Below are positions 39,640-49,958 of a stretch of DNA of 64,000 nt, in pieces; position 1 is the stretch's first letter, and each line of letters starts with the position of its first letter. The DNA comes from Penicillus capitatus. Lineage: Eukaryota; Plantae; Chlorophyta. Location: contig OZ287694.1 in assembly GCA_965649825.1 (NCBI GenBank), positions 2,430,902 through 2,494,901 of the forward strand. The letters are read 5' to 3'. The position numbers and the translations under genes were made by a program. Below the pieces are notes generated by a model. The model was not told the origin of the DNA, ran no database searches, and saw nothing but the letters and a program-made list of their open reading frames with translations.

Positions 39640-39992
39640 CGCGTCTTCTTTCGTGTCTTTCGTGCTTCGACCGCGACGGACGAGTGACTGTCGGTTTGCA
39701 AACGAGGCGTATGTTACAACGCAGACTGGAGAAGTAAAAAAAGACGGAAAGAAAAAATCTTAATCCGAAAGGTAAAAAGCGAAGAAACGACGGCGTCCGT
39801 CTTGTATACATCCATTCATTCAGGGCGCCTTAACCAAGCCCTGTACTGCCGACATTTTCCGGCGATTGAATGCATCCATCATTCATTATACGACAACCAA
39901 CACGCGCTCGCTCAGTCGCTCACACAGGACGGCGCATGGGTTCACAAAGACAGCGACGCAGTGCTGTCGCGTTCATGTATGTCCTCGGCCTT

Positions 39993-41070
39993 TCAGAAGT
40001 TTAACAGGATTCGATCTTTGGGCACGCCTGCGTCCATCATGCATTGAGTGATGCTTTCGCACATGTCCCGCTGACCGCAGAGCAGTACGCCCGTGTGTTG
40101 GCCATCCACTTCGGGCCGCTCTTTCTTGAAGATATCCTGAATGTATCCTTCGTCTTCGGAGTAGACAACGCGAACGGTGAGATTCGGAAAGTCGTTCTGC
40201 CACTCTTCGATGTCTTGCATGACGGGCGAAGCCTCGGCATTCCGAACACCGTAGTAGAGATGCACCGACCGTCGCTTCTCCATCTACGCATCCAAGCACA
40301 AGGCAAGGTACATCTCAACGGGTGACATCGATGAGGGAGGTTGCCTGGAGAGCAGGAGAGAGGAGTGCTGTCTGGATGGGAGCGATGCCGGTGCCCGTCG
40401 TAAACATATAGATGTGGAAGACGTCATCGAGCGGGAGCTTCTCAAGCGGAAATCCGTTTCCCATGACGGGACTCACATCCACATTCTCACCTGCCACACA
40501 TGGCGGCGCCCTTCCGCGAGGGATGGTCCCTTGCTGACAGAACCTTGTGACAACTGACAGAGTCGCTCAGCCGTTTCCCCGCTGCACTTGACCAGCAGAT
40601 CAATGGCTGTGCTGTCGGTTCCAGGCAAAGAGCTCATCGCCATGAAGGCAGGTTTCGAATCCTGCACTCGAACTTGGACAAACTGCCCGGGTGTGGAATA
40701 GAGACGGGACCCTTCTCCGATATCAATGCTAATTCGACGGATCTACATATCCGAGAAAGGATGGATCTATATCGAGTGAGGTTCTGGATGACGTTGCCTG
40801 CGAGGCGACCGTGGTGTTGGAGACGATTTTGGCCGGAAGGAATTCGACATCCTGTTTCCACGCCGCAAGTGGCCACGGTTCGAATCGCCGTCGGATACTC
40901 GGCCAGGATGAAACGAAGGGCGACGGGAAGGGTCGTGCATCGTGCCTCGTCGATGGCGTCGGCTGAAGCTCGTGCGTCTTTGGGCAACGACCACGTGTCA
41001 GTCCTGACGGCAGCGCATGGACGCAGCAGATCCGACTTCCCGTTGCGAAACACGGACGCAGACCTCGCAT
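39993..41070 (-). CDS. Plastid FAD/NAD(P)-binding FNR-family oxidoreductase (pKIWI502-like); multi-exon
   Basis: Transit-like N-terminus; KPAFMAMSS, DLLVKCSGETAERLCQL, SPVMGNGF, FTTGTGIAPI, LYYGVRN, GYIQD, LLCGQ, C-terminal ILLNF. Confidence 0.88.
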
Positions 41071-41768
41071 CGCAATGCGCGGTAAAGATCGAAGGAGATA
41101 GATGGTTGCATCATGTGTCTTTCACTCCTCTAGCCGCTGTCCCTCTTTTCTCAACCAAACATCTCTTGAGCGGCATAGCTCAGCAATAGGACACCGTTCG
41201 AGTCGCTGTACGCCTAGGCCACCCATCCCTTCACGTGAGATCGAATTCATGGCCGAGATTGAAACAGGCGACCTTGCTGAGGATACTGAGCTCTTCGTCG
41301 AGAGATGGACAGAATGCATTGCCTACGTAGACAAACTTCACCGCATTCTTAGCAAAGACGTCCCGTGAGAGCATTGGCCGCACGAGATTTGGTGCTGGGT
41401 TCTGGTTTCGAAGCTGACCCTTCAGATACTTGACCACGTCGACAAACCGCTTTGAACCGTCTATCTATATTCGTAAAGAGACAAAGACGATGACGCATAG
41501 ACGCAAACAGGGACAGAAGACATGCGCCGAAGCACCTTGACACGTTTCCAGTTATCCGCTGGAGGTGGAATGTTGCCAACGGCTCGGAAGTGGATGGTCA
41601 CTGGGGAAAAAAGTGTATGGGCGGAGATGCAAAGGGTCCGTGGTGGGGAGACCTTTCTCGCCAGACGTTCGAGACATGGAGGAAGACGACTGAGAACGGG
41701 CGCCGTTGTCTCGATACCACGTCGTGTCGAGCCACAGATTGCTTAAACGACGAAACCGTTTGGCGTTT

Positions 41769-41841
41769 GTCCATGTGGCCTAATGGAGAAGGCGTCTGCC
41801 TCCGGAGCAGAAGACTGCAGGTTCGAGTCCTGCCTTGGACG
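41769..41841 (+). tRNA. tRNA-Arg (anticodon CCG)
   Basis: 73-nt cloverleaf: acceptor GTCCATG/CTTGGAC (one T-T mismatch), A-box TGGCCTAATGG, anticodon stem TCTGC/GCAGA around CTCCGGA, B-box GGTTCGAGTCC. Confidence 0.93.
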
Positions 41842-42157
41842 TCACCGCAATGTCGTCGTCATCTCTTTGTGTCGCCTCCATACCTGTGCGACCTCCGCCG
41901 CCGCCAAACACGCGTCTTTCATCTATACACTCTCACAAATCTATTTCCCCTATCCTGTTGAGGCGTTTATTCTCTTTGAACGACGCGTTTGCGGAAACGA
42001 CGTTGCTGCGCTCGAAAACCATACACGCATCATTTGTCATCTCGTTCGTTGAAAGCGTTCATTGCAACGCCGTCTGAAAACGGACCGACCGATTGTTCTC
42101 TGCATATCCTCTGTGCGCAGACGGAATCTCGGCGATACAAACAAACGCACAGACATC

Positions 42158-43389
42158 ATGGCTGTAAGCAGACGAATCGCCTATTTCTACCGAAGCAGCA
42201 GTTTACCCTCGACAGGACACCGACGTGCTCGAACTCTCCGAAAAAATGAAAGACATGAAGGGTATGCCGCGTTGTTCTGTCGACCGTCCGTCACTCTTGC
42301 CATGTATTCAGTTCCTGAGGACTCCGCTATGGAATTCCCCGAGAAAAAGAAGAAAAAGAAGAAAAAACAGACGACCGCCTTTGACGACCTTCCTGTTCTC
42401 TCCTTTCAGCAGACGGCCATTGTGACGAGAAATTGCTGTTAGGAGGGCGAAGGCGAAGCCATGCCTCTGGATGGAAAGCGAAAAAAGAAAAAGGGAAAGG
42501 TCACATCATCCGTCAATGACATGGACACATGGCTGACACTGGACAATAGGGTCGGCGATTTGATTTTGACCTGGAAGAGAATGAAGAGGAAAAGGATGGA
42601 GACGGCGGGCCCAAAGATTTAGTCTCCGTGGGAAAGTACCCGTGGTCGGGAACGGACAAAGACTACACCTACGAACAACTGTTAGGTGTGTGTTCGTGCG
42701 AGCGCGTCCATGGCTATCCACCCGCTCGCCTCGTATCGCTGTCGACAACGTGCAACATCCTTGTGCCTATCAGATCGCGTTTACCGAATTCTGCACGAGA
42801 ACAATCCAGAATTGACGGGAGAACGGAAGCGCATCAGTATGAAAGCCCCACAGGTAAGCTGAGAGAGATCTCAGGCACTCGATGGAGAGATGTGTGTTTG
42901 TGTGGACAGGTGGTTCGTGAAGGAACGAAGAAAACCGTGTTCTTGAACTTTGCTGAACTTTGCAAAGCTTTCAATCGCAATCTGGAACACGTGATGCAGT
43001 TTCTGATTTTTGAACTGGGTACCACAGGCTCTTTGGACGGACAGCAACGACTTGTCGTCAAGGGCCGATTTAATCCACACAATTTCGAAACAGTGCTGCG
43101 AGCCTACATCGTCGAGTAAGTCCTCGCAATTCAGCTCTTCCTGAATGAGAGGCTGAGAGGGGACTGGATGTGTAGTTATGTCTTGTGCGACAGCTGTAAG
43201 AGTTTAGATACGCTGCTGGATCGAGACAGTACCACAAGGTTGATGCATCTGAGATGTCAGCAGGTAGGACGGTGCTCTTGAGGAATGATTGCCAAGCGTA
43301 AAAGGGATATGGTGCAGTGTGGAGCATCAAGAACAGTGCAGGCGGTAAAATCAGGATACGTGGCAAGAGTTGGACGCCGGCCACGCTAG
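42158..43389 (+). CDS. EIF2S2: Translation initiation factor eIF2 beta subunit; multi-exon
   Basis: Poly-Lys boxes (EKKKKKKK), DYTYEQLL, GTKKTVFLNFAELCK, ELGTTGSLDGQQRLVVKGRF, Zn ribbon CDSC..CQQCGASRTV. Confidence 0.93.
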
Positions 43390-43703
43390 AAAGACAGACT
43401 CTTCTCCTCCGTTGTTCAAAGAATCGTTTTCATGACTGCTGTCGGATAAGAATTTCGCATCTCGTGAATTGCTCAATGTCTCAGCCTGCCGGTGCGCGCA
43501 CCGTTCATTTTGCACATGCGCATTGAGACGCATCGATTAAGGTAGATCGCCGCCAGACCCGTCGCTCGACGAACGTTGCCCAATCTTCTCGATCGGCGAA
43601 AAGGGAAACTCGACCGCTGGCTTTGTTTAAAGGTTCGTAACGCATTGCCCAGGGGATCTCGGAATCATCGAGTGCGGCGGTCTTCGACAGAGCGTGTGGC
43701 GAA

Positions 43704-44423
43704 ATGGGGCGTATGCACAGCAAGGGAAAGGGCAAGTCCCGTTCGGCTATGCCCTACAAGCGCACACCGCCGAGTTGGTTGCAGCTAACCAGTCAAGAGG
43801 TCGGGTTGTCTCTCTCTCCTTTGGGGTGTCTGTCCTATGATGAAAAGTGTGACGGGCGGACGGACTGTTGGCTGATGAATGTCACACATTCTCTGAGACA
43901 CTTGCCTCCAATGTCCGGAATTCTCTCGCGTCTGATGTGACGTGCGGTGTGTTCAGGTAACGACAATGATCTGTCGATTTGCCAAGAAAGGACTGACGCT
44001 CTCCCAGATCGGCGTTCTCCTAAGGTCACTCTATTTTATGTTGACGTACGTCTGATACGTTCGGTGGCCTTTTAGAGATCAGCATGGGGTCGCACAAGTG
44101 AGGTCCGTCACCCGCAACAAGATCTTGCGTATTCTCCGGATGAACGGATTGGCGCCCGAGATTCCTGAAGATCTCTACCACATGATCAAGAAAGCCGTTC
44201 AGATGCGGAAACATCTGGAGAGGAACCGAAAAGACAAGGACAGCAAATTTCGCTTGATTCTGGTCGAGAGCAGAATCCATAGACTGGCCCGATACTTCAA
44301 AGTAATGGACCCCATACACATCTCCCTCTCGCATAATGGCGTGCTTGGCTCTTTCAGCGGGTGAAAAAACTCCCACCCAACTGGAAGTACGAGTCCGCCA
44401 CGGCATCCACCCTCGTATCCTAG
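43704..44423 (+). CDS. RPS13: 40S ribosomal protein S13 (uS15); 4 exons
   Basis: [62 protein letters not shown]. Confidence 0.97.
43831..43900 (+). ncRNA. Intronic box C/D snoRNA, U43/SNORD43/snR70 type (guides 2'-O-methylation of the 18S C equivalent to E. coli C1402)
   Basis: Lies in the unusually long RPS13 intron 1. Box C ATGATGA 43837-43843, guide GTGACGGGCGG complementary to 18S CCGCCCGUCGC, D' CGGA 43861-43864, C' CTGATGA, box D CTGA 43893-43896, terminal stem TGTC/GACA. The D'+5 rule selects the first C of CCC. Confidence 0.88.
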
Positions 44424-44508
44424 AATGCCGTCCATGGTTTGGGACTGGCTTGCTTTGGGTGGAAAGATCACATGTCGCATTTACAGTTCATTTAAGTACG
44501 CGTTGAGA

Positions 44509-45277
44509 ATGTTGGCCGCCGGGCGTGCGCGAGGGTTTCCGACGCTTGTACCTGCAGCTTCGTTGCCGTCGCGTCGTTATGACCATCATGCCGGGATCAA
44601 CGCCAGGCATCATCGCGAGAGAGGCACATGGACAGCGCTTCAACGTTGCTGGTCCATGGGAAACGACGTCGAAGAGGATCCCCTTGCAGAGTTCTGCCCC
44701 GTCCCGGTCGACCAGCAGCCCATCAACGAACTCAAAGAACTCCAAGTCTGAGAAGCAGCAAGCGCCTATTGACGGGGGTCACTCGAGAGCGCTTCTGTAG
44801 GAGATACTGTTTTTTGATTGGGCCACGATGCCGTTTCCGGCGTTCATGAAACGGCTCATTTTTCTCTGGACCGGTTTTTGTATCATCAGTTTTCCAGTCT
44901 CCGCTGTCACCTTCGATCCGCAAACGGACCCAATTCCTTTCTTCATTGCTGGCAGCTGCGGTTCGCTCTTCGTTGTCATGATCGTGGTCTTTCGTCTGTG
45001 GCTGGGGTGGTCACATGTCGGACAACGCCTCGTGAGCGAGACCGTAGAGTACGAAGAGACCGGATGGTACGATGGCCAAATCTGGCAGAAGACGCAGGAG
45101 ATTCTGGACAGAGACCGACTGGCAAGCAGATTTACGACGAAGCCGGCCATCGAGAGGCTCAACACGACACTCCTAGCAGTTTCTGGGTCCTTTGTGACCT
45201 GCCTCATACTCCTTTCCTTTATCGAGCCGTCAAACCCACTACCCCCTCAAACAATTGACGGTTTCCGCTTGATATGA
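44509..45277 (+). CDS. CGLD27: CGLD27/Ycf36-like (DUF1230) plastid membrane protein; 2 exons (in-frame ATG also at 44425)
   Basis: CPVPVDQQPINELKEL, FDWATMP, RLWLGWSHVGQRLVSETVEYEETGWYDGQIWQK, RDRL. Confidence 0.9.
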
Positions 45278-45460
45278 CGTGCACTGCACACGGATCGTTT
45301 TCTTCGGCGTAGGCATGTACACGAGAGCCTCGACGGCAGAGGAGGACGATTACTGGATCCGAGTGAGAAAATTTGAACCGTGGTTGTTTGAAGACGGACA
45401 ATGATCACTGCTCTGCGTTGAGTAAGAGAAGATAACAGCATCGGCAATGGGAGACCGTAT

Positions 45461-46180
45461 TTACACGCTCTGTTGAATGTTGTACTTTGATCGATCTCCT
45501 TCTCTCAATACGATCAGGACTGGATACTCCACCAAGTCCTTTCCTTCCAACTGCGATTTCAGCGTCGCTTCCAAGTCCAAGTCAAAGTGGAGAATCGCGT
45601 TTGCCGGGCAGCCGAGTTTCTTTATCACCACCGAAAACCGATCCTCCTCACCGCGTCGAATCCTCGCAGTGTCCAGTGCAATGGACAGGGCTTTAGACAC
45701 CGTGTCCGTTTCTGGTACACGTTTCTTGTGGAGCACAGGTCTGTCTTGGAGGAAAGGCAGCATCCAATCGATGTCCCAACAGATCTCTCCCCTGCGGTAA
45801 TCGAACCAACTGCTGTTGCTTTTGCTTCGAGACATTCCTCTGGGCAGATACTCCAAACGCATGCCACGCTGACGAGCCTCGTAGCGTAGCTTTCTCTGAT
45901 GGGATGGCGTCTCCTGAGGGCGCAGGACCAAAGCAACACGACGCAGTTTGCGCCAATTGGCCTCTTTGACACGTTTAACGTCCTCCAGAAGACGCAGATC
46001 CGAAATCATATCTCGCTCGGTGAAATCTCCAATCGACGTAAAGGCCGTTCGCGATCTCTTCCCATTGCACTGCCATTTCGTTTTGTGCCGTTCGACGCAG
46101 TCCAGACTACAGGTGCGCCGGTCGCAGCCTGGACAGCGATACTTCGCCTCGGCTGCACAGATGCAGCATTCCGAGGTCAT
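45461..46180 (-). CDS. Box C/D snoRNA biogenesis protein BCD1/ZNHIT6-like (zf-HIT); single exon
   Basis: CCICAAEAKYRCPGCDRRTCSLDCVERHKTKWQCNGKR, DMISDLRLLEDV, GMRLEYLPRGMSRSKSN, LEGKDLVEYPVL. Confidence 0.88.
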   Translation of the reverse strand: MTSECCICAAEAKYRCPGCDRRTCSLDCVERHKTKWQCNGKRSRTAFTSIGDFTERDMISDLRLLEDVKRVKEANWRKLRRVALVLRPQETPSHQRKLRYEARQRGMRLEYLPRGMSRSKSNSSWFDYRRGEICWDIDWMLPFLQDRPVLHKKRVPETDTVSKALSIALDTARIRRGEEDRFSVVIKKLGCPANAILHFDLDLEATLKSQLEGKDLVEYPVLIVLREGDRSKYNIQQSV

Positions 46181-46359
46181 ACCTCCAGGCGGCAGTAAGC
46201 AGACGATCACTACGACCTGCTCCCCTTCCTTCAGATCAATGCTTAGCAGGCGTCTCGGCAGATTGTAGCTCAGAGACGTGACGTTGTGATGTGAATGATT
46301 GTCTCGCTAAACTCTCTTTGATTCTTCGATTTGTCGTAGATCGACTGGTCTTTGGCAGA

Positions 46360-48821
46360 ATGACGGCGAGAAAGCGGAAAAAGAGTGGCGCCTTTCACGA
46401 GGCGATTCAACGGAAAACGCAAAAGAAGAACATCAAGGAAGCGTCTCAGACGAAACGACGGGAGCAGGAACTGCTTCATGAGTATCGCAGTCTGCGCAAG
46501 TCCAACGCTTTTCTGGATCGACGATCAGAGACTGGTTTCAAACGCACCAAGGCAGACAGATTCATCCTCGATGATCCAGAAACCTTTGGCGCAAGCGACA
46601 CACTGGGACTCGCCTCTACAGATCCCATCCTTCTGCAGCCAAGTACGCGAATCAGGGCAGAAAGCTTGACTGGACAGCCAAAATGTGATTGGCTAGGAGA
46701 TGGCCCATCGACTGAGGGCAGGAAAGAGAATCCCTTGGCAAAGTACAAGCAAGCGAAGGCCGAGCACGTCGCACAAGTGCAGGAAGATATGGAGCTCTTC
46801 CGGCAGTTGGATAAGACCTTTGACACCCTGGAACAGGGAGAGGTGTTGGAAGAGTGCGGATAGCAGACTATTCTCGTTTCGCGCTCAAATGTTGGTTCGT
46901 GCAGAATGGGATGGAGATCTAAGGGAGAGCAAGAGATGGCATTGGAGAAGGAAGACATCGAATTCAATGAATACTTGACACTGTTTTCGCTTCCTTCGAC
47001 TTCCGAACCGCGAAAACCAAAAACTGTCGTCGACAAAGGAGGTCGGCTTCTGTTCATTGCTGTGGATCACAGACGTCATTTGTATGTCCTTCAGTTGAAG
47101 ATAAGATTCCGCTGCTCAAGAGAGTCAGCAATGTGCCGTCTTCTGAAAAAAGTGTGGAACTGGAAGAGATGACGTCCGATGTGGAGCTGGTGGACGCACA
47201 AAGTGCTGCTCCGTGTGAAACGTCTGACGAGGAAAAAAGTATTCCTGCTGAAGAGGAGATGAGCGAAGATGCTCGATCGGCGGAGGTCAGCGATTCTCAT
47301 TCCCTGGACCATGCATCCGAGCAGGATTGCAAATCTCGGTCGCTTGATGAGGAGTCCGTTGAGACGACTAGAAACCAAAATCAGACGATGCTATCAGATG
47401 GGCGCTCTCTAGTGTCGCAGGTAGAATTCAGAAAGATGGCGAAGAACTGCACCGGGACTGACGATCTTAACAAGATGATGACACGGTTCAGGAATCAAGT
47501 TGACAGACACAAGACAGACGATGGAGGAGGAGGACCACAAGTATGTACCTACGCTCTCCGGCCTTCAGAGCTGAGCAACTTTGTGCTTGCCAGGCTTTGG
47601 CCGAGACATTGTTCGATTGCTTCAAAGATGAAGCCTCTGAAGACGTTTCCTTAGACAGACTGGATGTCCTCACACGGCATATCACTCAGTTGACTGAACT
47701 TCTTGAGCAAGACGCATGGATCGTTGCCAAGAACAGAATCGAAGCCATGAATCTGGACTTCTCTAAGAGACAAGCTGCAGACTGTCAAGGAGCTTGGCCT
47801 CCGTTGAGTGATATTCTCTGCCTTAAACTGCTGCTCAATGCATTTCCTATCGGGCCAGAATTTCATCCCGTTTCCCATTCTGTTGCCTTACTGCTCTGCC
47901 GCTATCTCTGTGAAGGGTGCTGTCAGTCAAGACATGCCAGAGTCATGGGTCTGTATGCGGCATCGCTGTTAGAGGAAGCACTCGGCAATAGATACTGCCC
48001 AGAAGCTCTGTTGTTCTACACAGAACAGCTGAGGTCTGTGCTGACAGAAGACACCCCTGTAGCCATGGCGTCAGAAGCGAAGAGATTGGTGCCCTTCACA
48101 CTCAGAGAGTTAATGGAAGGTCCAGAGACGTCCGGTTTTGAACAGAGAATCATTCTCGCGTGCGTGCTTGGTGTCAGTCGTATCTCTGATAACTATCGGA
48201 AGGCCATTTGCTTTCCCGAGATCTTTGCTCCAGTCACATCTCTGATCGAGAAACTCTCTGGATTGTTGCATCTGTCAGGAGAGCTCAGGGATCTCTGTCA
48301 GAAGGTGTCCTTGTCTTTGAAGACATCGATTGTCGACAGCGCAGCAAATAGAGAACCGTTGAGCAGAAAAGGGTCTGGCACCGTTGGTATAGAGCAGCGA
48401 AATCCAGTCTTCGAAGAGAGGACGTGTTTTGATGAGATTCGCAAATGGAAGGAGAGTGAGCTGATGGATCGCAGAACGCTCAAGAAGAAACTGAACAAGG
48501 AACGCCGAGGTGCGATTAAGGAGCTCAGAAAGGACGGTGTCTTCCTTGCACAGGTCATGCGCCTGCGAGCATCTCTCTGCAGTGTGGTGACGTTCGGTTT
48601 TGCAGATTCGGGAGAAAGACAAGAAGGAGGTTGATAAGGAGCGACTCAGGAGCGAGAAGTCCTTCTATTCGGAGCTGAGAAGATTTGACGAAGACATGAG
48701 GTATGTTACCATCCCTGTGCTCGAATTGCGCCAAGATCGTTGTGTTCTTACCAGGCAAGGAGGTCAAGCAGGCATGAATCCGCATCTCAAAACAAAGAAA
48801 ACACGCCTGTGGAAGTATTGA
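46360..48821 (+). CDS. NOP14: Nucleolar protein 14 (SSU processome); multi-exon
   Basis: RREQELLHEYRSLRKSNAFLDRR, SHSVALLLCRYL, FPEIFAP, IEQRNPVFEE, LKKKLNKERRGAIKELRKDGVFLAQ. Confidence 0.85.
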
Positions 48822-49958
48822 AGACAAGACAGACTTCTATCGAGCAGTACCAGTGGCAGATAACTTGAAAGCTTGTTACGCAATCTACACCTTAAGTTGA
48901 GGCCAAGTCGTTGGCTGTTTTGTAAGAGATGACGTCCTGTTTCAATAGCTCTTTAATCCAACTCGGCGACGGTTATAAAAAGATCACTTAACATGTGTGT
49001 TTGTGGCCTCATTCATGCGCGTCATGAACGCACCACGTGATGTGACGTTTTACCTGCATGTTGCGTTCTATGCTCGCGCGTCTGCTGCGGTTGGCGCCAG
49101 GCAGGACTTCTCACTTACCTGTGAAGAGACGTAGGATATCGTATTCGCAATACCAAGAAGAATTCGGTAAGATATCAAAGATGAACCGTTATTGGCGTAT
49201 GTGCGGGAGGAGATCTCGCCTCTTAGCATCACACGTTGTCTAAAGGAAAGGCAGACGACAGCCAAAACCCGGATGCTTCATGACTGCCGAGGGTTTCGAT
49301 TGCCGTGCGACGCAACCAACGCGTCCGCCTTCTAGCGTCCTTCATTGACAGGGTTACTAACGTCTCCGCCCACTTCTGAACAAGCTTTTGTTTGTATGTT
49401 CCGCTTGAGTGAGATTCTTACCTTAGCTCTCTCAGCTGCCACTGTATAAGGCACTACTCCTTCCCTACATCAGGGGAGTCCGTTTTTCCTACGGCCATTC
49501 TAAGGTGTGCGAGACCTATACATTCCTACAGAACCTCTGCATCTGTCCTTCTTCCGTGTTGCTCGTCGCCGAAGGCAACAAAGGCTTTGTGCAGATTACA
49601 TCAGCTGTTCATACTGTTTTCTGAAGCCTTTACCACAGAATACAACAGAAAAGACACATCACTCTTCATTGCGTGTTGCTGTCCAACGCAGTTCGCTAAT
49701 AGAACAGACTCCCAGCAAATAGAAAGCCGTCAACATTTTCATCAAGTACGCGAAAGAATGACAGTTCAGAACAAACGTCTGAGGTCGGTGTAACGTTACG
49801 AGCCGAAAGGCTCTAATGGGTTGAGTAGGAAAAAAAAATAAAACTGCTTGCCTAGATAGAACGCATAGATCTGTAACCGCACATCTGGTCTCCAGATGGC
49901 CGCAAACAAAAAAAAACTTTGCTGCCACGTCCTCGCCATAAGCATCACCGTATGTACC

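Noticed and set aside
41250-41368. Short ORF MAEIETGDL...KDVP
   Set aside because: 39 codons with no homology or splice extension that I can support.
43846-43859. 14-nt perfect complement to plastid/bacterial 16S (CCGCCCGTCACACT), suggesting an organellar target or insertion; also considered U14, which vertebrates host in RPS13
   Set aside because: Explained by universal conservation of this SSU helix plus the snoRNA's internal stem, and the U14 domain A/B sequences are absent.
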